A stretch of 64,000 bases of DNA from an uncultured Eubacteriales bacterium (GCA_900544705.1 UQWH01000002.1:1547-65546); one strand, 5' to 3'. Counted from the first letter of the stretch, positions 27,577 to 38,580 are shown. The notes: generated by a model from the letters alone, not told the origin. Numbers and translations: made by a program.

Positions 27577-28131
27577 ATGGCAGTGGATTTCAAGGAATAT
27601 TCGAGAAAGATGGACAAGACGCTGGACGTTCTTCAGGAGGACTTCGGCGCGGTTCGTGCGGGACGCGCGAACGCAAGAGTGCTTGACCGCATCATGGTCG
27701 AGTATTACGGCGTGGACACGCCGGTCGGTCAGGTCGGCACGATCTCTTCCCCGGACGCCCGGACGCTCGTCATCCAGCCGTGGGACGGCAGCCTGCTCAA
27801 GAAGATCGAGAAGGCTATCCAGACCTCTGATCTGGGCATCAATCCGCAGAACGACGGCCGTGTGATCCGTCTGGTCTTCCCGCAGCTCACCGAGGAGCGC
27901 CGCCGCGAGCTGACCAAGCAGGTCAAGAAGTACGGCGAGGATGCGAAGGTCGCCGTCCGCAACATTCGCCGTGATGCGATGGACTATATCAAGGCTTTGA
28001 AGAAAAAGTCCGAGATTACCGAGGACGATCAGAAGAAGGCCGAGAAGGATCTGCAGGAGCTGACCGACAAATACATCAAGAAGGTCGACGATGCCTGCGC
28101 CGTCAAGGAAAAGGAACTGATGGAGCTGTAA
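27577..28131 (+). CDS. frr: Ribosome recycling factor
   Basis: VRAGRAN, LTEERRREL and VRNIRRD motifs. Confidence 0.97.
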   Translation: MAVDFKEYSRKMDKTLDVLQEDFGAVRAGRANARVLDRIMVEYYGVDTPVGQVGTISSPDARTLVIQPWDGSLLKKIEKAIQTSDLGINPQNDGRVIRLVFPQLTEERRRELTKQVKKYGEDAKVAVRNIRRDAMDYIKALKKKSEITEDDQKKAEKDLQELTDKYIKKVDDACAVKEKELMEL

Positions 28132-28146
28132 GCTCAAAGATATTCT

Positions 28147-28177
28147 ATCGCAGCCGCCGCCCGGCGGCTGCGATTTT
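28147..28177 (+). terminator. Hairpin/partial terminator after frr
   Basis: ATCGCAGCCG/CGGCTGCGAT plus TTT. Confidence 0.55.
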
Positions 28178-28188
28178 GGAGAGAAGCT

Positions 28189-28923
28189 ATGTTTTTTCAC
28201 AAAAGGACGCCGCAGCTTTCCCGCCCGGTCCCGACGCATATCGCCATCATCATGGACGGCAACGGCCGCTGGGCCAAGAAGCGCGGCCTGCCGCGGCAGG
28301 CGGGGCATAAGGTGGGGGCGGAGGCCTTCCGCACGATCGCAAACTATGCCAAATCCATCGGTCTGAAATATCTGACGGTCTACGCCTTCTCCACGGAGAA
28401 CTGGAAGCGTTCGCCCGAGGAGGTGGACGCCATCATGGATCTGCTGGAAAAATACCTGCGCGAGCTGATCCGCGACATGGACAAGAATCAGGTGCGCTTC
28501 TGCTTTTTCGGCGATCTGTCGCGGCTTTCCCCGGAACTGCGGGAGGAGGCGCGCATCACGGCCGAGCGCTCGCAGAAATACGAGGGCGTGCAGGTCAACT
28601 TCTGCCTGAACTACGGCGGCAGAATGGAGATCCTGCGCGCGGCGCAGCAGTTTGCGCAGGACTGCGTGGACGGGAAGTGCTGCCCGGAGGATCTGACAGA
28701 GGACGCTTTTTCCGCGCGGATGTACTCCGCCGGCGTTCCTGACCCGGAACTGGTCATCCGACCCGGCGGCGAGCTGAGAACGTCCAATTTCCTGTTATGG
28801 CAGTCGGCCTATGCAGAATATTATTTTACAGATGTGCTTTGGCCGGACTTCGGGCCGAAGGACTTAGAAAAGGCGATCGCTGCCTACAATGGCCGCAACC
28901 GCCGGTTTGGAGGAGCAAAATAA
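28189..28923 (+). CDS. uppS: Undecaprenyl diphosphate synthase
   Basis: HIAIIMDGNGRWA, FSTENWKR and SNFLLWQ motifs. Confidence 0.96.
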   Translation: MFFHKRTPQLSRPVPTHIAIIMDGNGRWAKKRGLPRQAGHKVGAEAFRTIANYAKSIGLKYLTVYAFSTENWKRSPEEVDAIMDLLEKYLRELIRDMDKNQVRFCFFGDLSRLSPELREEARITAERSQKYEGVQVNFCLNYGGRMEILRAAQQFAQDCVDGKCCPEDLTEDAFSARMYSAGVPDPELVIRPGGELRTSNFLLWQSAYAEYYFTDVLWPDFGPKDLEKAIAAYNGRNRRFGGAK

Positions 28924-29765
28924 TGGGTACTCGAATTCTGGTTGCCTGCATCGGCCTGCCGCTGCTGCTGGCGGTCGTGCTGTTTCTGCCGCCGCTGGCG
29001 ACGGCGATCCTCTTCGCTGCGGCCTGCGTGATCGCGGCGTATGAGATGCTCTGGCGCACGGGGATCCTGAAGCACAAGCGGATTCTGGTCTATACCGCGG
29101 TGATGGCGGCGGCGACCGTGATGTGGTCGTGGATGCGCGCCTGCGCGGTCGTTTCCGAGCAGACGCTCTGGGTGAGCATGCTCATCGGCCTGTTCGTCTA
29201 TTTCTGCGCACTGTTCTGCGAGCTGCTCGCGGCGCACACGAAGCTGCAATTCTCCGCGCTGTGCGTGGCGCTTTTCAGCGGCAACGTCTATCCCTTCCTG
29301 ATCGGCGCGCTGGTGCGCCTGCGCGGGATGCAGGACGGCAAGTATTTCATTCTGGTCGCATTTGTGCTGTCCATGGTGGCAGACAGCGGCGCCTACTTTG
29401 TCGGCCGCGCCTGCGGCAAGCATAAGCTGGCTCCGGTCATCAGCCCGAAGAAAACCGTCGAGGGCGCGATCGGCGGCATCGCCGCGAACATTCTGGCGAT
29501 GGCGCTGTACACGCTGCTGCTGAACAAGTGCTTCGGCTTTACGCAGGTCAACTATTTTTATGCCGCGATCTACGGCGTCGTCGGTGCGATTGGCTCCATC
29601 GTCGGCGATCTGACGCTCTCCGTCGTGAAGCGGCAGGTCGGTATCAAGGATTACGGCAATCTGCTGCCGGGCCACGGCGGCATCCTCGACCGCTTTGACA
29701 GCACGATGATCGTCGCGCCCATGGCGGAGATTTTGATGCTGCTCATTCCGTTTGCGGCAAAGTGA
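28923..29765 (+). CDS. cdsA: Phosphatidate cytidylyltransferase
   Basis: ISPKKTVEG and IKDYGNLLPGHGGILDRFDS motifs. Confidence 0.95.
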   Translation: MGTRILVACIGLPLLLAVVLFLPPLATAILFAAACVIAAYEMLWRTGILKHKRILVYTAVMAAATVMWSWMRACAVVSEQTLWVSMLIGLFVYFCALFCELLAAHTKLQFSALCVALFSGNVYPFLIGALVRLRGMQDGKYFILVAFVLSMVADSGAYFVGRACGKHKLAPVISPKKTVEGAIGGIAANILAMALYTLLLNKCFGFTQVNYFYAAIYGVVGAIGSIVGDLTLSVVKRQVGIKDYGNLLPGHGGILDRFDSTMIVAPMAEILMLLIPFAAK

Positions 29766-29766
29766 T

Positions 29767-30912
29767 ATGACAAAGTGTGTATCTATCCTCGGCTCCACCG
29801 GCTCCATCGGCCGGCAGACGCTGGAGGTCATCGAGCAGCTTCCCGTCCGCGTTGCGGCGCTGACCGCCGGAAGCAACGTCGAGCGCATGGCGCAGCAGTG
29901 CCGCAAATTCCGCCCGGAGCTTGCGGTCATGGCCACGCCGCAGGCGGCGCAGGAGCTGCGTGACGCGCTGGCGGGGCAGGAGATCCGCATCCTCTCCGGC
30001 ATGGAGGGCCTGCTCGCCGCGGCGGAGCACGAGCAGGCGGACACGGTCGTGACGGCGGTGGTCGGGATGCTGGGCCTGCGTCCCACGCTGGCGGCCATCC
30101 GGAAGAAAAAGCGCATTGCCCTTGCGAACAAGGAGACGCTCGTCTGCGGCGGCTCGCTCGTCATGGCGGCCGCACGGGAGTACGGCGCAGAGATCATCCC
30201 CGTGGATTCGGAGCATTCCGCCATTTTCCAGTGCCTGATGGGCTGCGGCGACCGCCGCGAGGTGCGCCGCCTGATTTTGACCTGCTCCGGCGGGCCGTTC
30301 TTCGGGAAACACCCGGAAGAACTGAAGAACGTGACGAAAAACGACGCCCTCAAGCATCCAAACTGGAAAATGGGGCATAAAATCACCATCGACTGCGCTA
30401 CACTAATGAATAAGGGACTGGAGATCATCGAGGCGATGCACCTGTATGCCATGCCGCTTTCACAGGTGGATGTGGTCATCCACCGGCAGAGCATCGTCCA
30501 TTCTCTGGTCGAGTTCCGCGACGGTGCGATGCTGGCGCAGCTCGGCGTGCCGGATATGCGCGTGCCCATTCGCCTGGCGCTGACCTATCCCGCCCGCGAG
30601 CACAACCCCGCACCGGGGCTGGATCTGCTGACCTGCGGGCCGCTGACCTTTGACCGGCCGGACACGGAGGCTTTCCCGTGCCTGCTTCTTGCGCGGGAGG
30701 CGGCGGAGCGCGGCGGCAACGCCTGCGCGGTGATGAACGGTGCGAATGAGGCCGCCGTGGCCCTGTATTTGCAGGATAAGATCGGATTTTACGACATTCC
30801 GCGGCTGGTGCGCGGCGCGATGGACGACGTTCCGTTCGTAGATGCACCGGAATTGGAAGAGATCCTGTCGAGTGACCGCGCGGCGCGCAGCGCCGTTCTG
30901 GAAAGAATGTGA
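29767..30912 (+). CDS. dxr: 1-deoxy-D-xylulose-5-phosphate reductoisomerase
   Basis: LGSTGSIG, LANKE, PVDSEHSAIFQ and HPNWKMG motifs. Confidence 0.96.
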   Translation: MTKCVSILGSTGSIGRQTLEVIEQLPVRVAALTAGSNVERMAQQCRKFRPELAVMATPQAAQELRDALAGQEIRILSGMEGLLAAAEHEQADTVVTAVVGMLGLRPTLAAIRKKKRIALANKETLVCGGSLVMAAAREYGAEIIPVDSEHSAIFQCLMGCGDRREVRRLILTCSGGPFFGKHPEELKNVTKNDALKHPNWKMGHKITIDCATLMNKGLEIIEAMHLYAMPLSQVDVVIHRQSIVHSLVEFRDGAMLAQLGVPDMRVPIRLALTYPAREHNPAPGLDLLTCGPLTFDRPDTEAFPCLLLAREAAERGGNACAVMNGANEAAVALYLQDKIGFYDIPRLVRGAMDDVPFVDAPELEEILSSDRAARSAVLERM

Positions 30913-30922
30913 GGTGGCTTGT

Positions 30923-31981
30923 TTGACCGCATTTTATATTGTTCTGGTAGTTCTGCTCTTCGGCGTGCTGGTGTTCGTGCATGAGCTGGGGCACTTCATC
31001 ACCGCGAAGCTCTCCGGCGTGCAGGTGAACGAATTTTCCATGTTCATGGGTCCGGCGCTGATCAAAAAGCAAAAGGGCGAAACACTCTACGCTCTGCGCT
31101 GCATCCCCATCGGCGGCTACTGCGCCATGGAGGGTGAGGACGGCGATAGCGACAATCCCCGCGCCTTCGGCAACGCCAAGCTCTGGAAGCGGCTGATCAT
31201 TCTGGTGGCCGGCTCCTTTATGAACTTTGTGGCCGGCGTTCTGATCGCCGTGCTCTTTGTGAGCATCCGTTTTGATGTGCTGCCCGGCACGACTTTCGGC
31301 ACCTTTGCCGAGGGCTGCCCCTATGAGTCAGAAAGCGCGTTTCAGGTCGGAGATACCATCTATTCCATCGACGGCGAGCGCGTCTATATCGGCGGCGATA
31401 TTTCCATGCTGCTGGCGCGCAGTTCGACGCAGGTGTATGACGTCGTGGTCATCCGCGACGGGAAAAAGGTCGAACTGAAGGATCTGGAGCTCAAGACCCG
31501 CGACTACAACGGGGAAGAGCGCTACGGATTTACCTTCCCGGTCAGGGAAAAGACGGTCGGCTCGGTGCTGGCTTATTCCTGGAATCAGTGCCGTGATTTT
31601 GCGCGGCTGGTGCGGTTGGGTTTGCAGGATCTGATCACGGGCAAGGCGGGGCTGAATGAAATGTCCGGCCCGGTCGGGATCGTGTCCGTCGTTACGCAGG
31701 CGGGCAAGGAGTCGGCGACGGTTGGCATCGGCGTGCTGAATGTGCTGTATTTCTTCTCCTTTATTGCCATCAACCTTGCGGTGATGAATCTGCTGCCCAT
31801 TCCGGCGCTCGACGGCGGACGGGTGGTCTGCCTGCTGCTGACGGCGCTGGTGGAAAAAATCATCCGCCGCAAGCTCAATCCGAAGTATGAGGCCTATTTG
31901 CACGGCGCAGGCATGGTAATCCTGCTGCTGTTCATGGCGTTTATTACGTTCAAGGATATTTTCAAACTCTTTGGAGGCTGA
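30923..31981 (+). CDS. rseP: RIP metalloprotease RseP (M50)
   Basis: HELGH and NLLPIPALDGG motifs, PDZ-like insert. Start (TTG) uncertain. Confidence 0.92.
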   Translation: MTAFYIVLVVLLFGVLVFVHELGHFITAKLSGVQVNEFSMFMGPALIKKQKGETLYALRCIPIGGYCAMEGEDGDSDNPRAFGNAKLWKRLIILVAGSFMNFVAGVLIAVLFVSIRFDVLPGTTFGTFAEGCPYESESAFQVGDTIYSIDGERVYIGGDISMLLARSSTQVYDVVVIRDGKKVELKDLELKTRDYNGEERYGFTFPVREKTVGSVLAYSWNQCRDFARLVRLGLQDLITGKAGLNEMSGPVGIVSVVTQAGKESATVGIGVLNVLYFFSFIAINLAVMNLLPIPALDGGRVVCLLLTALVEKIIRRKLNPKYEAYLHGAGMVILLLFMAFITFKDIFKLFGG

Positions 31982-31983
31982 TT

Positions 31984-33021
31984 GTGACTAGACAGATTTC
32001 AGTCGGCGGAGTGAAGATCGGCGGAGGCGCGCCGGTTTCCATCCAGTCGATGCTCAATACGGCGACCACCGACGTGGAGGGCAGCCTCGCACAGCTTGCC
32101 GCGCTGAAGCAGGCAGGCTGCGAGATCGCCCGTCTTGCCGTCCCGGATATGCAGGCGGCTGAGGGCTTCCGGCGCATTGCGGAAAAATCTCCGCTGCCGC
32201 TGGTCGCGGACATCCATTTTGATTACCGTCTGGCGATCGCCGCGGCCGAGGGCGGCGCGGCAAAGATCCGCATCAACCCCGGCAATATCGGCGGGGAGAG
32301 CAATGTGCGCGCCGTGGTGGATTGCTGCCGCGCGCATCATATCCCCATCCGCATCGGGGTCAACGGCGGCAGTCTGGATAAGATACTTCTGGAAAAATAC
32401 GGCCATCCCACGGCGGAAGCGCTGGTGGAAAGTGCATTTTCCCACATTGCTTTGCTGGAAAAGTATGGATTCTACGACATCTGCGTGTCTATGAAGTCCA
32501 GCAGCGTGCCGCTCATGATGCAGGCTTACCGCCTGATGCACGAGAGAAGCGACTATCCGCTGCACGTCGGCGTGACGGAGACCGGCACGGAGTACATGGG
32601 AACGATCAAATCCGCCATGGGCATCGGAGGCCTTCTGTGCATGGGCATAGGCGATACCATCCGCGTGTCCCTGACGGCTGACCCCGTGCGCGAGGTCTAC
32701 GCCGCCAAGGCGATCTTAAAGGCGGCCGGCCTGCGCCCGCAGGGCGTGAACCTGATCTCCTGCCCGACCTGCGGCCGGACGAAGATCGACCTGATCGGGC
32801 TTGCAAACCGCGTGGAACAGGCGCTTCAGGACTGCGATAAGAACATCACCGTCGCGGTGATGGGCTGCGTTGTCAACGGCCCCGGCGAGGCGCGCGAGGC
32901 TGACGTTGGCATTGCCGGCGGCGACGGCTGCGGCGTGCTGTTCGTCAAGGGCGAGCTGCGCGAGAAGCTGCCCTATGATGAGCTTCTGCCGGCGCTGCTT
33001 GCCTACATAGAGAAACTTTAG
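31984..33021 (+). CDS. ispG: HMBPP synthase
   Basis: VADIHF, RINPGN, SCPTCGR and MGCVVNGPGE motifs. Confidence 0.96.
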   Translation: MTRQISVGGVKIGGGAPVSIQSMLNTATTDVEGSLAQLAALKQAGCEIARLAVPDMQAAEGFRRIAEKSPLPLVADIHFDYRLAIAAAEGGAAKIRINPGNIGGESNVRAVVDCCRAHHIPIRIGVNGGSLDKILLEKYGHPTAEALVESAFSHIALLEKYGFYDICVSMKSSSVPLMMQAYRLMHERSDYPLHVGVTETGTEYMGTIKSAMGIGGLLCMGIGDTIRVSLTADPVREVYAAKAILKAAGLRPQGVNLISCPTCGRTKIDLIGLANRVEQALQDCDKNITVAVMGCVVNGPGEAREADVGIAGGDGCGVLFVKGELREKLPYDELLPALLAYIEKL

Positions 33022-33030
33022 GAGCAAAAA

Positions 33031-36000
33031 ATGACCAATTCTGTCCCCTTGCTACAGATGTTTTTTGAATATTCTCCGGAGGAACCGCTGCGTGCCGTTT
33101 TAGAGCAGGCGGCGGTTTGCCGTGCGGAGATCAGCAGGGAGGAGCGGCGCATTTCGCTGGAGGTGCGCTTCGACCGCTATGTTCCCGCGCAGGATCTGCA
33201 GGCGCTCAGCGAGGGCCTGCAGGCGCGCTACGGCATCCGCACGGTGGCCATTTCCCCACGGTTTCCCAAGGAGAGTGCGGCGCAGATGGAGGCCGCCGAG
33301 CTGAACCGCTGCCTGATCGCCGCCTATTCTCCCGCCGCCGCGACGCTGGCGGGCTGCCGCTGGGAGATCGCGGAAGGGGAAACGATGCTCTACCTGCGCG
33401 CCAACGGCAAGGATGCGCTGGCACCCTATCTCCCGGTGGCGGAGCGTCAGCTCATGGAGCGCTTTTCCTTGCAGACGAAGATCAAGGTCGTGCCGGGAAG
33501 CACCGTGGAGGGCGAGGCGCTGTTCGAGGAAACGGAGAAGCTCCGGCAGGCGGCGATGAAGGACATTCCCGCGCCGGCCGTCCGCAGCGACGCACCGCAG
33601 AAAAAAGCCGCGGAGCCGGCTTCGTCCATGCTTTTCGGCAAGCCCTTCCGCGGGACGACCGTGCCGATGCGAGAGGTGTCGCTGGAAAACGATATGGGTA
33701 GGGTGGTCGTCGAGGGCCGGGTGTTTGCGGTCAACCACAAGGAGCTCAAAAAAAGCAACGCATGGGTTGTATCTTTTGACATGACAGATTACACCGGCTC
33801 TCTGCGCATCAATCGCTATATGGATGCGGAGCTGGCCAAGCCTATCATCGAAAAAATCACAAAGCCAGGTATGTGGCTGCGCGTGTTCGGCAAGGTCAGC
33901 TTCAGCCGCTTTGAAAACGACATCGTGCTTGAGCCTATCGCCATCCAGCCGGCGCAGGCGCCGAAGCGCGAGGACACCGCGCCCGAAAAGCGCGTGGAGC
34001 TGCATCTGCATACCACGATGTCCATGATGGACGCACTGACCAAGACCGGCGAGGCTGTTGCAACGGCAGCTCGCTGGGGCCATAAGGCTATCGCGATCAC
34101 CGATCACGGCGTGGCTTCCTCCTTCCCGGACGCGCTCAAGGCATCGAAGAACAAGGTCGCCGGAACGGATCAGAACATCAAGATCCTCTACGGCTGTGAG
34201 GGCTATTTCCTCGATATTACCGATGACCGCATTGCGGCGCACGGCAACGAAAGCCTCCCGCTGGATGGGGAATTTGTCGCATTTGATCTGGAAACGACCG
34301 GCCTTTCCAACACAAAGGATGCTATTACGGAGTTTGGTGCGGTGATCATCAAGGACGGCGAGGTGCTGGACACCTTCCAGTCCTTCGTCGATCCGAAGCG
34401 CAGGCTCGACGAGAAAAACATCGAGCTGACCGGTATCACGGACGCGATGCTGGAGGGCGCACCGGAGATCTCCGAGGTACTGCCGGCGTTCCTTCGCTTC
34501 TGCGGAGATCGTCCGCTGGTGGCGCACAATGCGGAGTTCGACATCGGCTTCGTGAGAGCTGCCGCGCGTCACCTGAACATCGAATTTCATCCCACGTACA
34601 TCGACACGCTGGTGCTGGCACGCAAGCTCCTGCCGGAGCTGAAAAAGCACAAGCTGGACATCGTCGCCGAAGCGCTCAAGCTGCCGGAATTCAACCATCA
34701 CCGCGCTTCGGACGACGCGATGACCTGCGGTCTGATCTATGACCGGCTGGCAAAGCGTCTGCTGGAAAAGGGGATCACCGACCTTGCGGGCATGAACCGC
34801 GAAATGATGGCGCTGTCTGGGGAACTCAAACTCACCGGCCGCCGCCTGCACCCGCGTCATATTATTCTCTTTGCAAAGAACCAGACGGGTCTGCGGAACC
34901 TCTACCATCTGATCTCGGATTCCAACCTTAAATACTTCTACCGCAAAGCGCCCTGCATCCCGCGCTTCGAGCTGGAGCGCTACCGCGAGGGCCTGATCGT
35001 CGGCTCCGCCTGCGAGGCGGGCGAGTTGTTTCAGGCAATATTGGCGCAGGAACCGGAGGAAGAGCTGCTGCGCATCGCGTCCTTCTATGACTTTTTGGAA
35101 ATTCAGCCGCTGAGCAACAACCGCTTCATGATCGCCAAGGGCATGGCGCGGGACGACGAGGAGCTGCGCGGCTTCAACCGCACGATCGTCCGGCTGGGCG
35201 AGAAGCTGAACAAGCCGGTCTGCGCGACGGGCGACGTCCATTTCCTCAACCCGGAGGAGGAAATTTACCGACGCATTTTGCTGGCCACCAAGGGCTTCCC
35301 GGACTGCGACCGCGAAAATCCGCTCTACTTCCACACGACGGACGAGATGCTGGAGGAATTCTCCTATCTGGGCGAGGAAAAAGCCCGCGAGGTCGTGGTG
35401 ATGAACACCAACCTCATCGCCGACATGTGCGATACCATCCGCCCGGTGCCGCACAATCTGTTTGCCCCGAAGATCGAAAATTCAGTGGAAGATCTGAAAT
35501 CTCTGGTTTACGGCAAGATGCACCGGCTCTATGGTGAAAACCCGCCGGAGTTGATTACCCAGCGCGTGGATACGGAGATGCACGACATCATCACCTGCCA
35601 CTACGATGTGATCTATATGTCCGCGCAGAAGCTCGTGCAGAATTCGCTGGAAAACGGCTATCTGGTCGGTTCGCGTGGTTCGGTCGGTTCCTCGCTCGTG
35701 GCCTTCATGTCCGGCATTACGGAGGTCAACTCCCTCCCGCCGCATTACCGTTGCCCGAAGTGCAAATACTGCACCTTTGAGGTGCCGGAGGGAATCAACT
35801 GCGGCGCCGACCTGCCTGACGCCAAGTGCCCGGAGTGCGGCGAGCAGCTGGACAAGGATGGCTTCAACATCCCGTTTGAGACCTTCCTCGGCTTCGGCGG
35901 CGACAAGGTGCCGGATATCGACCTGAACTTCTCCGGCGAATACCAGTCGCGCGCGCACCAGTACTGCATTGAAATGTTCGGCGCGAGCCACGTGTTCCGC

Positions 36001-37353
36001 GCCGGAACGATCGGCACCGTCGCGGAAAAGACCGCCTACGGCTATGTAAAAAAGTACCTCTCCGATCGGTCGATGATCGTTTCCCGCGCGGAGGAAAACC
36101 GGCTGGCCGCAGGCTGCGTCGATGTGCGCCGGACGACCGGCCAGCACCCCGGCGGTCTGGTCGTCATCCCGCAGGAAAACGAGATCTGGGATTTCTGCCC
36201 GGTGCAGCATCCGGCGGACGACCCGGACACCGATATCATCACGACGCACTTTGAATATCACTCCATGGAGGAAAACCTCCTGAAGCTGGATATGCTGGGT
36301 CACGACGACCCGACGATGATCCGCATGATGGAGGATATGACGGGCGTGGACGCCCAGAAGATCCCCCTGGACGATCAGGACACAATGTCCATTTTCCTTT
36401 CCAGCAAGGTGCTGGGCTATGAGCACGATCCCATCCTGAGCGAAGTCGGCACGGTCGGCATCCCGGAATTCGGCACGAGCTTTACCCGCGGAATGCTCAT
36501 GGACACCAAACCGACGCAGTTCGATACGCTCATCCGCCTGTCCGGCTTCTCCCACGGCACGGACGTGTGGCTGGGCAACGCAAAGGATCTGATCCTCAGC
36601 GGTACGGCGACGGTCGGACAGGCCATCGGCTGCCGCGACGACATCATGCTTTATCTGATCAAATGCGGCCTGCCGGAAAAGCGTGCGTTCAAATTCATGG
36701 AGGCCGTCCGTAAAGGCGCGATCCACAAGGGCAAGCCATGGCCGGACGGCATCGTGGAAGAAATGCAGGAGCACAACGTCCCGGAATGGTACATCGAGTC
36801 CTGCCGGAAGATCAAGTACCTCTTCCCGAAGGCGCACGCCGCAGCCTACGTGATGATGGCTTTCCGCATCGCGTGGTTCAAGGTGCATCATCCTCTGGCC
36901 TTCTACGCGGCTTATTTCTACCGCCGCAGCCAGAAGGACGGCTTCGACGCGGTCATGATGACCAATGGCATCGACACGGTCAAGACGCACATCAAGGAGA
37001 TCTCCGGCAATCCGGATCGCTCCGCCAAGGACGACGACCTGCTGACGACGCTGGAGGTCTGCTACGAGTTCTATCTGCGCGGTTTTGAATTTGCGCCGAT
37101 CGACCTCTATGAATCTCATGCGACAAAGTTCCTGATGAAAGACGGCCGGCTGCTGCCGCCCTTTGTTGCGGTTTCCGGCCTGGGCGAAACGGCTGCATGG
37201 GACATTATGGAGGGCCGCAAGGGCCAGAAGTTCGTTTCCGTCGACGAGTTTGCCGCCGCCTGCCCGAAGGTTTCCAAAACACACATTGAAAATCTCAAGC
37301 AGGCGGGCGCCTTCGGCGATCTGCCGGACACCAGCCAGATGACGCTGTTCTGA
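33031..37353 (+). CDS. polC: DNA polymerase III PolC
   Basis: OB fold, PHP (ELHLHT, ITDHG), exonuclease (DLETTG, HNAEFD), VGSRGSVGSS and PDIDLNFS. Confidence 0.97.
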   Translation: MTNSVPLLQMFFEYSPEEPLRAVLEQAAVCRAEISREERRISLEVRFDRYVPAQDLQALSEGLQARYGIRTVAISPRFPKESAAQMEAAELNRCLIAAYSPAAATLAGCRWEIAEGETMLYLRANGKDALAPYLPVAERQLMERFSLQTKIKVVPGSTVEGEALFEETEKLRQAAMKDIPAPAVRSDAPQKKAAEPASSMLFGKPFRGTTVPMREVSLENDMGRVVVEGRVFAVNHKELKKSNAWVVSFDMTDYTGSLRINRYMDAELAKPIIEKITKPGMWLRVFGKVSFSRFENDIVLEPIAIQPAQAPKREDTAPEKRVELHLHTTMSMMDALTKTGEAVATAARWGHKAIAITDHGVASSFPDALKASKNKVAGTDQNIKILYGCEGYFLDITDDRIAAHGNESLPLDGEFVAFDLETTGLSNTKDAITEFGAVIIKDGEVLDTFQSFVDPKRRLDEKNIELTGITDAMLEGAPEISEVLPAFLRFCGDRPLVAHNAEFDIGFVRAAARHLNIEFHPTYIDTLVLARKLLPELKKHKLDIVAEALKLPEFNHHRASDDAMTCGLIYDRLAKRLLEKGITDLAGMNREMMALSGELKLTGRRLHPRHIILFAKNQTGLRNLYHLISDSNLKYFYRKAPCIPRFELERYREGLIVGSACEAGELFQAILAQEPEEELLRIASFYDFLEIQPLSNNRFMIAKGMARDDEELRGFNRTIVRLGEKLNKPVCATGDVHFLNPEEEIYRRILLATKGFPDCDRENPLYFHTTDEMLEEFSYLGEEKAREVVVMNTNLIADMCDTIRPVPHNLFAPKIENSVEDLKSLVYGKMHRLYGENPPELITQRVDTEMHDIITCHYDVIYMSAQKLVQNSLENGYLVGSRGSVGSSLVAFMSGITEVNSLPPHYRCPKCKYCTFEVPEGINCGADLPDAKCPECGEQLDKDGFNIPFETFLGFGGDKVPDIDLNFSGEYQSRAHQYCIEMFGASHVFRAGTIGTVAEKTAYGYVKKYLSDRSMIVSRAEENRLAAGCVDVRRTTGQHPGGLVVIPQENEIWDFCPVQHPADDPDTDIITTHFEYHSMEENLLKLDMLGHDDPTMIRMMEDMTGVDAQKIPLDDQDTMSIFLSSKVLGYEHDPILSEVGTVGIPEFGTSFTRGMLMDTKPTQFDTLIRLSGFSHGTDVWLGNAKDLILSGTATVGQAIGCRDDIMLYLIKCGLPEKRAFKFMEAVRKGAIHKGKPWPDGIVEEMQEHNVPEWYIESCRKIKYLFPKAHAAAYVMMAFRIAWFKVHHPLAFYAAYFYRRSQKDGFDAVMMTNGIDTVKTHIKEISGNPDRSAKDDDLLTTLEVCYEFYLRGFEFAPIDLYESHATKFLMKDGRLLPPFVAVSGLGETAAWDIMEGRKGQKFVSVDEFAAACPKVSKTHIENLKQAGAFGDLPDTSQMTLF

Positions 37354-37487
37354 AAGAAATGAACAATTTTCAATGTTAATTTTCGTATATTTCAACAAAG
37401 AATGGCGAGAAAATGGAAAATGGATTGCCGTTTTCCGGAAAATCGGTTATACTAATTAGACATCACTACATAAGGAGTGCCTAAATT

Positions 37488-38258
37488 ATGCAAAAACTTG
37501 AAAAACAGTTTCATATTCATTGCGTAGAGGGCGATGTCGGCCGCTACTGCATCCTGCCCGGCGATCCCGGCCGCTGCGAGTCCATCGCCGCACTGTTTGA
37601 CGACGCCAAGCACGTCGCGCAGAACCGTGAATTCAATATCTACACCGGCACGCTGCTGGGCGAAAAGGTCAGCGTCTGCTCCACCGGCATCGGCGGCCCG
37701 TCGGCCTCCATCGCTATGGAAGAGCTGCACAACATCGGTGCGGATACTTTCATCCGTGTCGGCACCTGCGGCGGCATCAATCTGGACGTGCAGTCCGGCG
37801 ATATCGTCGTTGCCACCGGCGCCATCCGCTATGAGCATACCTCCCGCGAGTATGCGCCCATTGAGTACCCGGCGGTCGCCAATCTGGACATCACCGTCGC
37901 GCTGCGTCAGGCGGCACTTGCGATGGGCAAGCGCACGCACACCGGCGTCGTGCAGTGCAAGGATGCCTTCTACGGCCAGCACAGCCCGGCCAAGATGCCC
38001 GTTTCCTACGAGCTGCTGAACAAGTGGGAAGCATGGAAGCGCCTGGGCGTCCTTGCCAGCGAGATGGAATCCGCTGCGCTGTTCGTCGTTGCCGATGCAC
38101 TGGGCTGCCGCTGCGGTTCCTGCTTCCATGTGATCTGGAATCAGGAGCGTGAGGCTGCCGGCCTTGACCAGAAGATGAGCGAGGACACCAGCGCTGCCGT
38201 GCACGTCGGCGTGGAAGCGCTCAAACTGCTGATCGAGCAGGACAGAAAGACAAAATAA
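37488..38258 (+). CDS. udp: Uridine phosphorylase
   Basis: [25 protein letters not shown] and EMES motifs; TTGCCG-N17-TATACT promoter upstream. Confidence 0.92.
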   Translation: MQKLEKQFHIHCVEGDVGRYCILPGDPGRCESIAALFDDAKHVAQNREFNIYTGTLLGEKVSVCSTGIGGPSASIAMEELHNIGADTFIRVGTCGGINLDVQSGDIVVATGAIRYEHTSREYAPIEYPAVANLDITVALRQAALAMGKRTHTGVVQCKDAFYGQHSPAKMPVSYELLNKWEAWKRLGVLASEMESAALFVVADALGCRCGSCFHVIWNQEREAAGLDQKMSEDTSAAVHVGVEALKLLIEQDRKTK

Positions 38259-38270
38259 ACAGAAAAAACG

Positions 38271-38295
38271 GGAACTTTTTCGACAGTTCTCCGTC
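38271..38295 (+). promoter_or_regulatory. Putative ECF sigma promoter
   Basis: GGAAC-N16-CGTC. Confidence 0.5.
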
Positions 38296-38318
38296 GAAAG
38301 ACCAAAGAGGTGGAGTCA

Positions 38319-38576
38319 ATGGGACGCTATTGGTGGATTACATGGATCAAGGTGGGTGTGGCGCTGGTATTTGCAGGCGTGCTGATTCTGGTTGCCCGCT
38401 TTGAAGTGAATAAGTGGCTTTCCAAGTACGCGGTCGAGGCTCCGGCGGAGCATGCGAAGTTCTACGAAAAGCTTGATCTTGAAAACCTTGTTTTTGATTT
38501 TGCGAACAGCTATGCGCAGGAGGCAATGGAGGAGTCCGACGCCGAGCGCACACAAATCACGGATCATATTTCCTGA
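38319..38576 (+). CDS. Small single-TM hypothetical protein (85 aa)
   Basis: SD GAGGTGG, N-terminal TM, acidic tail, terminator directly after. Confidence 0.55.
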   Translation: MGRYWWITWIKVGVALVFAGVLILVARFEVNKWLSKYAVEAPAEHAKFYEKLDLENLVFDFANSYAQEAMEESDAERTQITDHIS

Positions 38577-38580
38577 AAGC

